DNA of 50,935 nt, taken from positions 1 to 50,935 of the forward strand of contig CAIYXV010000096.1 of the NCBI GenBank assembly GCA_903930225.1, given 5' to 3'. The notes beneath the pieces are model-generated. The model had not been told where the DNA came from and searched no databases. It saw only the letters and a program-made list of their open reading frames with translations. Below are positions 9,413 to 19,128 of the stretch, one piece after another (position 1 is the first letter of the stretch; each line of letters opens with the position of its first letter). Source of the stretch: an uncultured bacterium (lineage in GTDB: Bacteria > Margulisbacteria > WOR-1 > XYC2-FULL-46-14 > WPAF01). A program made the translations under genes and the position numbers.

Positions 9413-11464
9413 TCAACTCTCCATTTTTATCGCGATCCGGTTGGTCCATTTGGCCTTGGGGCCAAGATCAAGGTTGAAGCCAAACAGAAAACAGCTTCCT
9501 TGATATGTCCTCTCAAAGCCGCCTTCGGACTGCGATACGGTCTCGATCGGGAACCAGAAAATCCTACTTTCCTTTTCCGATTCCAATGATACACTAAATC
9601 CCTTCCATTCGTCAATCAATTTTATCTTAAAAACATCCGCTTTTTCGCCGCTGCTGTTCATCTTGAATTTATCGCCGTCATCGGCGAATTCGATCCTCCG
9701 GTCAGGCGCGTCGGACGCCAGAAGCGTGCAGTTGAACTCCACACCGAACCTGGCCTTGATCTCCTTTTCGGAAAGGTTATTGATCTCATATTCCACATTA
9801 ATTATGCTCTGTCCGGCCATCACGTTGATAATCTTGGTCACGGAAAGCGCCTGTCCCCCCACCCGTCCGGTCCGAGAAAAGTTAACCGACGCCTCCTCGT
9901 TTCTCCGCTGGGGAAAGAAATTATAGCGGCCGTCCTCAAAATCCCCCAGCTCGGTAAAATTCCCATTTTTAAAGGATCCCAGATCGCAGTCCTGCGGCAG
10001 GAAGTGATCCACGAGCGAAGCCCGGCGACAGCGGTCGTAGATCAAATATTTTTCGATGCCTGCCTCCTTGACCCTGACAATATCGTGGATGCTGGGGGTT
10101 CCGCTGCCCGCGACCGAAATGTTCTCTTTCGGGGTATCAAGGATCTTTTTGTGATAAGCCTCTTTACGCCGGGTCAGCACGTTGGTCAGATTAAAGGCCT
10201 TCGGCTTGTAATCGATCTCAAAGATCGTGCCGCCGTGGCGCGGCGAAAGATAAACGTTTAGGTATGGATTGGACACCAGCACCTCTTCCGACCCGTCCTT
10301 GTCAAAATCGGTGACCACGACCTCGGTATAGTTCTTGCCGCCCCGCTGAAGCTCCTGGATCACATTCTCGGCCTTGATCAAATGAGCATAGACCGCGTCC
10401 CTTAAATACGAAAGATAAAGACCGCCGAATACTCCGTGCCAGTATGCGCAGTTACACTGCCCCATGTAAAGCTCCCGCTCCGCTTCTGCTATTTTTTTCT
10501 TCCGCTCCGCCGAGGTGGAGGATTTTTTCATGGTCTGCAGCTTATTGCTGACCAGGAGCATTTTTTTGTGCATGTTGTTCGATTCGGGATATTTCACTAA
10601 GAAATTACGGAAGTAGCCGCCGGACCATTCCATCATTTCGGCGTAAGAGGCCGCAGGAAGATAGATCAGCCCCTGCGCCGTGAACTCATCGAGATATTCG
10701 GAAAAGGTCATCGGCCGGATCCAGTCCAGGTTCGCCTCCAGCGCCTTTAAGAGATTCTCAAGATATCCATCCTCGTAAACCCATTTGTAGGTCCCCGGCC
10801 AGACCCCAAACTTTTCCCCATCGTCCGCCAGGATCGCCGCCCGCCGTCCGTCCTCGGTCGCGGATTCGCTAAGATATCGGATCGTTTCATCGGGCAGCTT
10901 GAAAGGAATAAGATACCGCAGGTCCTTGCTGATCGGGAAAACGTTGAGCTTTAATCCCTGCTCTTCCGTGACGTAATAGCTAAACAGGTCTTCTTTTTTC
11001 AATCCGGCGGAGAGGAAATGATAATCGTCCACCGTCACATATTCGATCCCCGCTTCGGACAGGACCTTGGGAAGATGCGGCTCCCAGATCCGCTCCGTCA
11101 GCCAGAGGCCGCGGGGAGAGCTCTTGAACCGGCTTTTGATGAAATCGCTCTGCATCCTGATCTGCCCGAGCTTGTCTTCATCGGGGATGATCGGGATGAT
11201 CGGCTCGTAATAACCGGCGGTCATCACTTCGACCTGACCTCTTCTTATCAGCCGGTCAAGCAACTCGATGAATTCCGGATGCTTTTGTTCGAACCAGTCG
11301 TAAAGGATGCCGCTGTAATGCACGACGAATTTAATTTTCGGATGCCTTTCCATGGTCTCAATGAAAGGCAGATAGCAGTATTTATACGATTCATCGAAGA
11401 TATGGTCAAAATTCCCCACCGGCTGATGGCAGTGTATCCCGAAAATAAAATTTATTTTCTTCAT
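9413..11464 (-). CDS. GH57-family 4-alpha-glucanotransferase / alpha-amylase
   Basis: The N-terminus MKKINFIFGIHCHQPVGNF is the classic GH57 region-I motif, as in the Thermococcus 4-alpha-glucanotransferase. I chose ATG 11464, which is preceded by aggggaaaga. The 46-codon upstream extension in the track overlaps the next gene and has no ribosome-binding site. Confidence 0.8.
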   Translation of the reverse strand: MKKINFIFGIHCHQPVGNFDHIFDESYKYCYLPFIETMERHPKIKFVVHYSGILYDWFEQKHPEFIELLDRLIRRGQVEVMTAGYYEPIIPIIPDEDKLGQIRMQSDFIKSRFKSSPRGLWLTERIWEPHLPKVLSEAGIEYVTVDDYHFLSAGLKKEDLFSYYVTEEQGLKLNVFPISKDLRYLIPFKLPDETIRYLSESATEDGRRAAILADDGEKFGVWPGTYKWVYEDGYLENLLKALEANLDWIRPMTFSEYLDEFTAQGLIYLPAASYAEMMEWSGGYFRNFLVKYPESNNMHKKMLLVSNKLQTMKKSSTSAERKKKIAEAERELYMGQCNCAYWHGVFGGLYLSYLRDAVYAHLIKAENVIQELQRGGKNYTEVVVTDFDKDGSEEVLVSNPYLNVYLSPRHGGTIFEIDYKPKAFNLTNVLTRRKEAYHKKILDTPKENISVAGSGTPSIHDIVRVKEAGIEKYLIYDRCRRASLVDHFLPQDCDLGSFKNGNFTELGDFEDGRYNFFPQRRNEEASVNFSRTGRVGGQALSVTKIINVMAGQSIINVEYEINNLSEKEIKARFGVEFNCTLLASDAPDRRIEFADDGDKFKMNSSGEKADVFKIKLIDEWKGFSVSLESEKESRIFWFPIETVSQSEGGFERTYQGSCFLFGFNLDLGPKAKWTNRIAIKMES

Positions 11465-11516
11465 TCTTTCCCCTATCGTTTTGACAATCCGCGTTCCAAA
11501 AAAGTTCCGCTCAAGG

Positions 11517-13673
11517 TCAAATGCTCCATTGTTCAAGCTCGTAGCTTGCAGTCGGCATTTTAAGCGAGATGACCCCGCCCCGCGGCCACCGCTCCAGCTC
11601 ATTGCCGTCCTTCATCACCGCCACGCAGAACTGGACCTCTTCTCCCGGCTGGACCCCGATATCGGCAAAGGGCACCGCCAGTTCGATTATTTTACCGACG
11701 GCGAAAGATTCCAGTCTTTTCACCTCTTCCCAGTTCTCGTTATTCCCCATTTTGAACATTACGAACTGGTAGGTGTTCTTTTCGGCATCGAACTTAAGCT
11801 CCCATTTAAGCTCCTGCGGAAGATAAGTGATGACGCTAAACTCGAAACCCCGGCATTCATCCTGCTTAAAATCAAGCTGGCAGTCGAGGCGGATATATAG
11901 ATCGGTCTTGCTGAAGCCGTAATAGAACGCCTTGAGCACGGTCTCAAGCTGGTGCATGGCGCCCTTCGCCTTTTCGATGTCAAAGTAGCCGGCCGCGAGC
12001 CACTCGTAATAATTGGTGACCTCTCCGTCGATCTCGGGCTGTATCAGGTAAGCCGGCTCCCGCGTCGGCTTGAAGGCCTTGATCCGCTTGATCGGCTTGT
12101 CCAGGTACTTCGGCTCGTCCTTGCCGAGCAGGTGATAGATATTTTTTATGTGCTTGCGGAAGAGCGCGTCAAAGGCGTCATCGTTCTCGGAGGAATGGTC
12201 GTCCCCGTACCACCAGCACCAGTCCGATCCCTCCGCCACATAGAGCTCCTGCCAGGCGATGGGATTATCGGTCCCGGCAATAACGGTGCGCACGCGCGAC
12301 AGATAATCCCAGGCCAGGTTGTCTTCCTCATGGCCGATCCAGATGCGGAAATTATTGTTGATCCAGGAGGCCGGAAAAAGTTTATGGATCCGGTCGGAAG
12401 GAGGGTTTTCCGCGATGAAATCTTTCGGCTTCACGGTAACGACGTTCGGCTCGTTCGACAGGCGCTGATAGAAATCGCGCAGGAACTCCTCGCCGCCGTC
12501 CCGGTAATACTCCCAGGCGTTCTCCCCGTCCAGGATCACCGTGACCAGGTACTTGCGGCCGTCGGACGGAAGGCTGGCGCGGATGTCGTGCAAATGCCGG
12601 ACAAAGTCGTCCGCCGCGTCCTTGGCCCGCCATCTCTGATAAACAAAACCGATCTGGTCCGAAAGGAAATGATTGCGGAAAATGATGCTGGTATCGTCAT
12701 CCACGCGGTAGGGCTTATAGATCTCGTTCGAAGCCATAAGGCGCGGCAGATTGAGCGATGAGGCCAGGACGCTCTCATCAGTCGCGATCCATTTTATCCC
12801 GCTTTCCTTGACCAGCGGCAGGATCATCTCCGAAACGCTTCCCTCCGACGGCCACATCCCGGCCGGCCGCTCGCCGAACTTGGATTCATGGTATGCGGCC
12901 GCCGACTCGATCTGGTATTTCGCGTCTTCCGGATGCTGAAACCGGATCGACGGGAGATTGATATCGGACATCGACTGCCGCGCAATATTTGTATCGCAGA
13001 TCAAAGGAAGGATGGGATGATAGAACGGAGAGGTGGTCAGCTCGATCTGCCCCCGGTCGCTTAACTGCTTGTATTTGGGGATGATCAGGGCCAAAAGCTC
13101 TTTTTGTTTATCCAAAACCATCTGTTTGTCCTCGGCGGTAAAATACTTCCCCTTTTCAAGCAGGTCGCGGATCACCGGATCATTTTTCCGATAAATAAAG
13201 CCGAACCAGGAGAGATTGAACCAGACCTGAATGTCCATGATCTCCTGCGCGGACAGCCTTCCGGCGATCCGCATCAGTTCCATCGCGGAGGAGAAGCGGC
13301 CGCGCTTGAGCAGCAGGTCGTGATACCTCGGATAAGGTTTTATCATCACTTCCCAGTTGGCCATGAAGAAATTCTTGAGAATATAAACTTTTTCCTCAAG
13401 CGTAAGATCCTTCGGGTCTTTTTCCGAAAGCGTAAGCGCCCGGTCCTTAGCATCGCAATTAACGTAATCTTCGATCTGCGAAAGGAGCGACGGGACCAGG
13501 TTGAAGGTCGCCTTAATGTTAGGATAATCGTCCAGCACCGCGACCATGTCGTAATAATCCTTGATACCGTGCAGCCTGACCCAGGGAAGGATATATTCTC
13601 CCGTTACCAGATCTTTATAATACGGCTGATGCATATGCCAGATCAGCGCCAGGTAGATGGGATGATTGTTCAT
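11517..13673 (-). CDS. GH57-family glycoside hydrolase (large, amylopullulanase/alpha-amylase-like form)
   Basis: The N-terminus LALIWHMHQPYYKD is the GH57 motif. 718 aa with a WWYGDDH block further in. Substrate specificity cannot be assigned from the sequence. Confidence 0.75.
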   Translation of the reverse strand: MNNHPIYLALIWHMHQPYYKDLVTGEYILPWVRLHGIKDYYDMVAVLDDYPNIKATFNLVPSLLSQIEDYVNCDAKDRALTLSEKDPKDLTLEEKVYILKNFFMANWEVMIKPYPRYHDLLLKRGRFSSAMELMRIAGRLSAQEIMDIQVWFNLSWFGFIYRKNDPVIRDLLEKGKYFTAEDKQMVLDKQKELLALIIPKYKQLSDRGQIELTTSPFYHPILPLICDTNIARQSMSDINLPSIRFQHPEDAKYQIESAAAYHESKFGERPAGMWPSEGSVSEMILPLVKESGIKWIATDESVLASSLNLPRLMASNEIYKPYRVDDDTSIIFRNHFLSDQIGFVYQRWRAKDAADDFVRHLHDIRASLPSDGRKYLVTVILDGENAWEYYRDGGEEFLRDFYQRLSNEPNVVTVKPKDFIAENPPSDRIHKLFPASWINNNFRIWIGHEEDNLAWDYLSRVRTVIAGTDNPIAWQELYVAEGSDWCWWYGDDHSSENDDAFDALFRKHIKNIYHLLGKDEPKYLDKPIKRIKAFKPTREPAYLIQPEIDGEVTNYYEWLAAGYFDIEKAKGAMHQLETVLKAFYYGFSKTDLYIRLDCQLDFKQDECRGFEFSVITYLPQELKWELKFDAEKNTYQFVMFKMGNNENWEEVKRLESFAVGKIIELAVPFADIGVQPGEEVQFCVAVMKDGNELERWPRGGVISLKMPTASYELEQWSI

Positions 13674-13705
13674 CGGATGTGATTATACAATTTATCTTTT
13701 TAAAA

Positions 13706-13714
13706 TGCTATAAT
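13706..13714 (+). promoter_or_regulatory. Extended -10-like box TGcTATAAT upstream of the SIMPL gene
   Basis: The sequence tgctataat lies 19 nt upstream of ATG 13734, with the SD-like gaggtgg in between. Motif match only. Confidence 0.3.
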
Positions 13715-13733
13715 CAATTTGAGGTGGCATTCA

Positions 13734-14444
13734 ATGAAAAAATTATTAATTCCGCTGCTGCTGATCGTCGTTTTCTCTCCCCTCTCTTTAGCCCGCGCCT
13801 CCCTGCTTAAGGAGGACCAAACCTTGACCGTAACCGGCATCGGCGTGGTTGAGACCGCGCCGGATACCGCCGCGGTCAGGCTCGGGGTCGAGGTCCTGCG
13901 CAAGACCGCGCAGGAAGCGCAAACGGACAATGCCGGGATCATGCAAAAAGTTATTTCCGCGATGGAAAAGCTTAATATATCAAAAGATCGGATTGCGACC
14001 AGTAATTTCAATATTTGGCCGGAACTTAAATATGAATCGAACCAGGCGGCAAAACTGGTCGGTTATCGCTGCAGCGATCAGATCACGATCACATTGGATG
14101 ACGTCAAATTAGTTTCCAAGGTCATCGATTCAGGTATCACCGCCGGAGCCACCAGCATTTCCGGAATTCAGTTCTCAAAGAAAGACGATCTTGAAGCAAA
14201 GAAAACCGCTCTTGAGAAAGCGGTAAAGGAAGCCCAGGCCAAGGCGCAGGCGCTGGCCGCCGCGGCTGGACGCAAGATCAAAAGTATAAAGAACATCGTG
14301 GAAAGCAACGCGGTTTTGATCGTTCCTGAAAACGACCTGGCAATAAGATCGATGGCCACAAACAGCGGAGTGACGGCGACGCCGATCTCTTCGGGCATGG
14401 TGGAGATCCGGGGCGGCGTTACCATCAATTATATTATAGAATAA
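13734..14444 (+). CDS. SIMPL-domain (DUF541) periplasmic protein
   Basis: Signal peptide MKKLLIPLLLIVVFSPLSLA. The SIMPL-like opening is LTVTGIGVVETAPDTAAVRLGVEV. I prefer ATG 13734, with gaggtgg 7 nt upstream, over the TTG at 13719. Confidence 0.7.
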   Translation: MKKLLIPLLLIVVFSPLSLARASLLKEDQTLTVTGIGVVETAPDTAAVRLGVEVLRKTAQEAQTDNAGIMQKVISAMEKLNISKDRIATSNFNIWPELKYESNQAAKLVGYRCSDQITITLDDVKLVSKVIDSGITAGATSISGIQFSKKDDLEAKKTALEKAVKEAQAKAQALAAAAGRKIKSIKNIVESNAVLIVPENDLAIRSMATNSGVTATPISSGMVEIRGGVTINYIIE

Positions 14445-14448
14445 CAGA

Positions 14449-16179
14449 TCAATAGAGCTTGAGGGCTTTTAATAGTTCCGCGGGGACTTCGACCCCCCGC
14501 CTTTTCATTTGTTCCACGTTGCTGATCGCTTCCGGAATGCGGTTCTCATATAAATAAAGCACCGCCAGATATTTGTACGCCTCTATGTATTCGGGGTTAA
14601 GTTCGACCGTTTTCTTCCAGGCCTTCTCCGCATCCCCCGCTCTCCGCTCGGAATAATAAAGCAAGCCGAGGTTGAAATATACCGTATCATAGGTCGGATT
14701 GATCGCGATCTCCGCTATAAATTCCTTTTCCGCTTCGGCCCGGTGGTTTTGCCGCATGTATATAAGCCCGAGGTTATTGTGCGCCATCGGCTCGGCCGGG
14801 TTCAGTTCCAGCGCCTTTTTGTATTCCGGCACCGCCTTTTCCAATTCTCCGTTAAGATAGTACATGGCGCCCAGGTTCCGGTGCGCGAGCGGATAATGGG
14901 GCGAATTGGCCGCCGCGTTCTTCCAAAAACTTATCCTGTCCCTGAAAACATCAAGATGGATGAACGTGACAGCGGATAAAAAAACCAGGATCGCGATCGA
15001 CGCTAAAACGGCGCCTCTTTTTTTGAGATCGGTATTTTTAAAAGTTTCGATCAGTATTATCAGCATACCGATCAGCGGCAGGTAGGCCCGGTGTTCGATA
15101 AAATCGGCCGGCAGATCGGGATTGGGGCGGATAAAAGACGGCAAAAGGAACAGCAGGAACCAGCCCGTGCCGAACCAGACCATCTTCATGTCCTTCCCTT
15201 TTGAGAATAAGATCCAGATAAGAAGAATGATCAGAGAAACGCCGCCGTAAATAAAATTGGTGTCGCGCAGGATCGGCAGCACCGAAAGATTGAAGGGAAG
15301 AAAGATCTTGCCCACATAGATCAGCACGGCCGGAAGATTGTTGAACAATGATTGAATTATATAGATCGTCTTCAGCTCCGCCGGATGCTTGAGCGCGGCG
15401 CTCCGAAGAAGGAACCAGGAGCATGCGGCCGCACCCCACCCCGCCGCCATCAGGACCCAATATCCCGCCTTAAGCTTCGGCCGTTTCATCAGCAAGGCAA
15501 AAAGCAGGCAGATCGGGACCAGGATCAGCGAGGTTTCCTTGGTCAGCATGGCGAGAAAAAAGAAAAGCAGCGAAAGGATCGCGTTCAGGTCCCGATATTT
15601 GCCTTCAAGCTTGAGGAAAAAAATAAAAGACGCAAGAACCAAAACCGTCATCAAAGAATCGTTTCTTCCCGGGATCCAGGCCACCGCCTGGGACAGGATC
15701 GGGTGCGCCACGAATATCAGCGAAAAAATCAGCGCGAGCTCCTTTTTATACTTAAGCTCTTTCACCAGGACAAAGACCAGGCAGGAAGCCAAAAGATGCA
15801 AAATAACATTGGTTATGTGATAGAACAATGGATTTATGCCACTAATCTGCGCATCCAGTATAAGGGAAACGGTCAACAGCGGGCGATAATAGATCTCTCC
15901 TCCGTTAAAAAGCCGGAAAATATCCTGTCCGAAAGCGGCGATAATGCTCCCGATATTCTTTATGAAATAAAAGTTGTCAAGGATCAGGTTATTGTCGTCA
16001 AGATAAGCAAGGCCGAAAAATACCGCCTTAAGATAAATGACCGCGCCCAGGCCGGCGATAAGAAGATATGGCCGCCAGGTACGCAGGAGAAATGGTTCGA
16101 CGGCTGCCGGCTCGATCCGCACGCTTTTATTGATTTTTTTCGTTTCGGTCCTGGCGATCTTTTTTATATTTTTACCCAT
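14449..16179 (-). CDS. Polytopic membrane glycosyltransferase-like protein with C-terminal TPR repeats (TMTC/PMT-like)
   Basis: Many TM segments are followed by TPR units (AHRNLGAMYYLNGELEKAVPEYKKALELNP, AHNNLGLIYMRQ, YFNLGLLYY, AYKYLAVLYL). The start was moved to ATG 16179 (MGKNIKK), 2 nt after the upstream stop. The longer track ORF would overlap the upstream gene by 125 nt. Confidence 0.65.
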   Translation of the reverse strand: MGKNIKKIARTETKKINKSVRIEPAAVEPFLLRTWRPYLLIAGLGAVIYLKAVFFGLAYLDDNNLILDNFYFIKNIGSIIAAFGQDIFRLFNGGEIYYRPLLTVSLILDAQISGINPLFYHITNVILHLLASCLVFVLVKELKYKKELALIFSLIFVAHPILSQAVAWIPGRNDSLMTVLVLASFIFFLKLEGKYRDLNAILSLLFFFLAMLTKETSLILVPICLLFALLMKRPKLKAGYWVLMAAGWGAAACSWFLLRSAALKHPAELKTIYIIQSLFNNLPAVLIYVGKIFLPFNLSVLPILRDTNFIYGGVSLIILLIWILFSKGKDMKMVWFGTGWFLLFLLPSFIRPNPDLPADFIEHRAYLPLIGMLIILIETFKNTDLKKRGAVLASIAILVFLSAVTFIHLDVFRDRISFWKNAAANSPHYPLAHRNLGAMYYLNGELEKAVPEYKKALELNPAEPMAHNNLGLIYMRQNHRAEAEKEFIAEIAINPTYDTVYFNLGLLYYSERRAGDAEKAWKKTVELNPEYIEAYKYLAVLYLYENRIPEAISNVEQMKRRGVEVPAELLKALKLY

Positions 16180-17770
16180 TTCTTTTAAAAACCAAAAAAC
16201 TGACCGCGGGGAGATCCTCTCCGCCGATAATATCCTGCCAGATGTATCGATCCCCTTCCTTCCAAACGATCCCGCCAACCAGCTGATAGCGCTCATTCAA
16301 TGTTTTCGTTAGATAATCGATAAAATAGGTCGGGCTGCCGGGTTCCCATAAGCCGCTATACGGCCGTCGGGAAACAACTATCACCCGCGGCGGATTCTGC
16401 TTCAGCTCACCAATCGCCTGCTTTTGATAAAATTCCCGATCAATTGTTCGCAGATTCAGGGGATAGGTGATAATAAAACGGCTTGCGCTCCGTCTTTGGG
16501 CATAATAATAAATTTGCGGTTCCGAGCCGGCGACAAATATTCGATCCTGCGGCCGGGTAAGGTCGCGCACATGGCGGGCTACCTCTGCTGATTCAATAAA
16601 AGGGTTGACTGTGCCGTAGACCCATTCGGTCAGTTTGGCTGGAGAAAGGAAAAATTGCTGGTGGATCGGGTAAAGCATGATCATGATCGCGGCCGCCGCC
16701 AGCACCGGCGACGCGTACCCCCATCCGAATTTTTCTTTTATAAGATCAGCAATCGAGGAAATGCCGGCGGCGATGATGATCGCCCAGAACGGCATGACCA
16801 ACAGATAATAATAGCCGAGCCCGCTCGGGGCGGGGAATACAGTCAGGAGGGCGATTACAATCAAACCGGCGTAAAACCAAAAGCGCCCTGGACGCCAGTA
16901 GAGAGACCAGGCGGAAAAGATAAAAAGGACCCACCAGTAATGCCAGAATTTTTCCAGGTAAAATAAAAACGAAGAAAATGACAGGCCGAAGGAGCGCGCA
17001 TAGACCAGGTTATAAACGACCACCAGTTCCCAGAGCGCGCCAGCCGCCCCCTTCCCCATCAGATAGCCGAGGATCAGCGCGGATGCGACGGCGCAGCCGA
17101 TAAAAGCCGACAGAGCGCTTTGCATGATCACTGCCGGAGCCCTTTTTTCTTTTATAAGATCGAATATCCAATTGATAAAAATATAAAGGATAAGGAGCAA
17201 GGCCGTCGGCTTATAAAGCACGGCCAGTGCGCTCAAACCCCCGCCCCAAAACCAGGTCCGGTTATCCCCTTTTGTCCGATTGAATAGGTAAAGCACCAAA
17301 AGCCCCAGCAGAGGCAGCAGCATGAACTGCTCGGTATTTGCAGCAAAGGGCGCAAGGAAAGGGAAAAGAAGCATGGGCAGGACCAGGAACATCGACGCGA
17401 TCCCAGCTTTTTTGCCATATTCCCGCCAGGCGATGACCCCGGTTAAAAGAGCGATACAGAACAAAGAAATCGCGGTCAAAACCCTCGGCATCCATAACGC
17501 GGCCGGATTGATCAGCTGGCCCAGAAGATAAGTATAGATGATCATGGGCGGCTTTTGCTCAAAAGAATTAACATAAGGAACATCTCCTTGCCTTAGTAGC
17601 CAGGCCGAATAGGAGAACGCCCCTTCATCCCTCTGAAAAGGAGCGTTAAAGGCGTTCCAATATAAAAGGGCAAAAAAGGCAATCAACCCGACGACCGGGA
17701 TAATCGTCCAGAGGATAATCTTTTTATCGGGTGGCCGTGATCCGGCGCTTTTTGCTTTCATAGCGTTCAA
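16172..17770 (-). CDS. GT-C fold membrane glycosyltransferase (ArnT/PMT, GT39/GT83-like)
   Basis: 532 aa with at least 10 hydrophobic segments and a soluble C-terminal domain. The family call rests on overall resemblance only. 4-nt overlap with the upstream FAH gene. Confidence 0.5.
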   Translation of the reverse strand: MNAMKAKSAGSRPPDKKIILWTIIPVVGLIAFFALLYWNAFNAPFQRDEGAFSYSAWLLRQGDVPYVNSFEQKPPMIIYTYLLGQLINPAALWMPRVLTAISLFCIALLTGVIAWREYGKKAGIASMFLVLPMLLFPFLAPFAANTEQFMLLPLLGLLVLYLFNRTKGDNRTWFWGGGLSALAVLYKPTALLLILYIFINWIFDLIKEKRAPAVIMQSALSAFIGCAVASALILGYLMGKGAAGALWELVVVYNLVYARSFGLSFSSFLFYLEKFWHYWWVLFIFSAWSLYWRPGRFWFYAGLIVIALLTVFPAPSGLGYYYLLVMPFWAIIIAAGISSIADLIKEKFGWGYASPVLAAAAIMIMLYPIHQQFFLSPAKLTEWVYGTVNPFIESAEVARHVRDLTRPQDRIFVAGSEPQIYYYAQRRSASRFIITYPLNLRTIDREFYQKQAIGELKQNPPRVIVVSRRPYSGLWEPGSPTYFIDYLTKTLNERYQLVGGIVWKEGDRYIWQDIIGGEDLPAVSFLVFKRNG

Positions 17771-18384
17771 ACGACCTTGTTGGTCAGCCGGCCGATCCCC
17801 TCGATCTCGACCGTCACCGTATCCCCTTTCTGCATCGGGCCGATACCGGCGGGCGTGCCGGTAAGTATAATATCGCCGGGCAAAAGGGTCATGACGGAAG
17901 ATATAAAAGACACCAGGTAAAACGGCTTAAAGATCATCTGTTCGGTGTTTGAATCCTGCTTTACCTGTCCGTTCAAATACAATTTGATCTTTAAATGATC
18001 CGGATCGATGTTTGAAACGATGTCCGGGCCGAGCGGGCAAAAAGTATCGAATGATTTGGCCCTGGTCCACTGGCCGTCGATCCTTTGCAGGTCGCGCGCG
18101 GTAACGTCGTTGGCGCAGGTAAATCCCAATATATGCTTCGGCGCTTCATCTTCCGTTATTTTGTGGATCAGGTCTTTAATGACGATCGCCAGTTCGGCTT
18201 CATAATGCAATTCCCTGGTCTGCGGCTCGGGATAAACGATCGCGTCGCCCATCCCAATGACCGAGGTTGGCGGTTTGAGGAACATGACTGGGCGTTCCGG
18301 TATCGCAAGTCCCATTTCTTTCGCGTGGTCCCGGTAATTCAACCCGATGCAGATTATTTTGGTGGGATTGAACTTCATGCTCAT
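17767..18384 (-). CDS. Fumarylacetoacetate hydrolase (FAH) family protein
   Basis: 205 aa. IICIGLNYRDHAKE, HYEAELAIVI and GDIILTGTPAGIG are typical of the FAH / 2-keto-4-pentenoate hydratase fold. Confidence 0.85.
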   Translation of the reverse strand: MSMKFNPTKIICIGLNYRDHAKEMGLAIPERPVMFLKPPTSVIGMGDAIVYPEPQTRELHYEAELAIVIKDLIHKITEDEAPKHILGFTCANDVTARDLQRIDGQWTRAKSFDTFCPLGPDIVSNIDPDHLKIKLYLNGQVKQDSNTEQMIFKPFYLVSFISSVMTLLPGDIILTGTPAGIGPMQKGDTVTVEIEGIGRLTNKVV

Positions 18385-18440
18385 ATTATATCACTCATCC
18401 CGTTTTATCTCATGATGAGGCGGCATGATATAATAATCAA

Positions 18441-19013
18441 ATGCAGATAAAAAGCGTCAAGGTCGGAGAGTTGAAGACTAACTGCTATATCATTTCCGAC
18501 GAGGCGACCAATGAAGGCCTGGTGATCGATCCCGGGTTCGACCCCGAAAAGGTAATATCCGAGATCGGCAATTTAAGCATTAAAGCGATCGTGCTTACTC
18601 ACGGGCACTACGACCATGTCACCTCCGCTTTTGAGCTTAAAGAAAAAGTAAACGCTCCGGTCATGATCAACAAGGATGATGAAGCCATGATGTCCTACTC
18701 CACCCAGAAAAGAGCCGACCGGTTATTAAATGATAAAGATAAATTAGACATTGGCAATCTGTCATTTGTTATTATACATACCCCCGGTCATTCCCAGGGC
18801 AGTTTCTGCTTATATAATGAAAAGGAAAAGGCGCTTTTTTCAGGCGACACCCTGTTCGCCGGCGATTACGGACGGACCGACCTGCCCGGAAGTTCGCCGC
18901 CGGACATGGAAAATTCCCTAAAAAAGCTGCTGAGACTCCCGCCCGAGACCGAAGTTTATCCCGGCCATGGTCGGACAACTACTATAGAAGCGGAAAAAAA
19001 TCTGCTAGAATAG
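18441..19013 (+). CDS. MBL-fold metallo-hydrolase (glyoxalase II-like)
   Basis: HxHxDH motif THGHYDH, followed by HTPGHSQGS and GHG near the C-terminus. 190 aa. Confidence 0.85.
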   Translation: MQIKSVKVGELKTNCYIISDEATNEGLVIDPGFDPEKVISEIGNLSIKAIVLTHGHYDHVTSAFELKEKVNAPVMINKDDEAMMSYSTQKRADRLLNDKDKLDIGNLSFVIIHTPGHSQGSFCLYNEKEKALFSGDTLFAGDYGRTDLPGSSPPDMENSLKKLLRLPPETEVYPGHGRTTTIEAEKNLLE

Positions 19014-19026
19014 AAACCTCACCCCC

Positions 19027-19128
19027 TGTCCCCCTCTCCATCTATGATGGAGAGGGGGGACGATAGCGAAAGGGGAGGTTCTCCCTCTCCCTGTGGGAGA
19101 GGGAGATAGAGGGTGAGGGAAAAAGGGG
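19027..19128. repeat. Nested GC-rich palindromic intergenic element, copy 1
   Basis: Outer arms cctcaccc (19027-19034) and gggtgagg (19121-19128) enclose two perfect hairpins. The first is cccctctccatc-tat-gatggagagggg (19041-19067, 12 bp). The second is ctccctctccc-tgt-gggagagggag (19091-19115, 11 bp). The element starts 14 nt after the MBL stop codon. Confidence 0.8.

Noticed and set aside
11465-11602. 46-codon extension of the GH57 glucanotransferase ORF. Similar extensions occur on the TPR glycosyltransferase (16180-16296) and cimA (45216-45287).
   Set aside because: The extensions overlap, or run into, the upstream gene or intergenic region. The conserved family N-termini begin at the internal ATG codons I chose.
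15352-16188. Long antisense ORFs inside real genes. Examples are 15352-16188 (278 aa), 11952-12761 (269 aa), 8833-9477 (214 aa), 2788-3444 (218 aa), 23812-24426 (204 aa) and 13104-13682 (192 aa).
   Set aside because: Each lies codon-aligned opposite a gene with strong family motifs. Their products are low-complexity (K/E/R/Q/D-rich opposite membrane or Leu/Phe-rich proteins). They stay open simply because the sense strand rarely uses the codons TTA, CTA and TCA. They lack ribosome-binding sites and recognisable domains.
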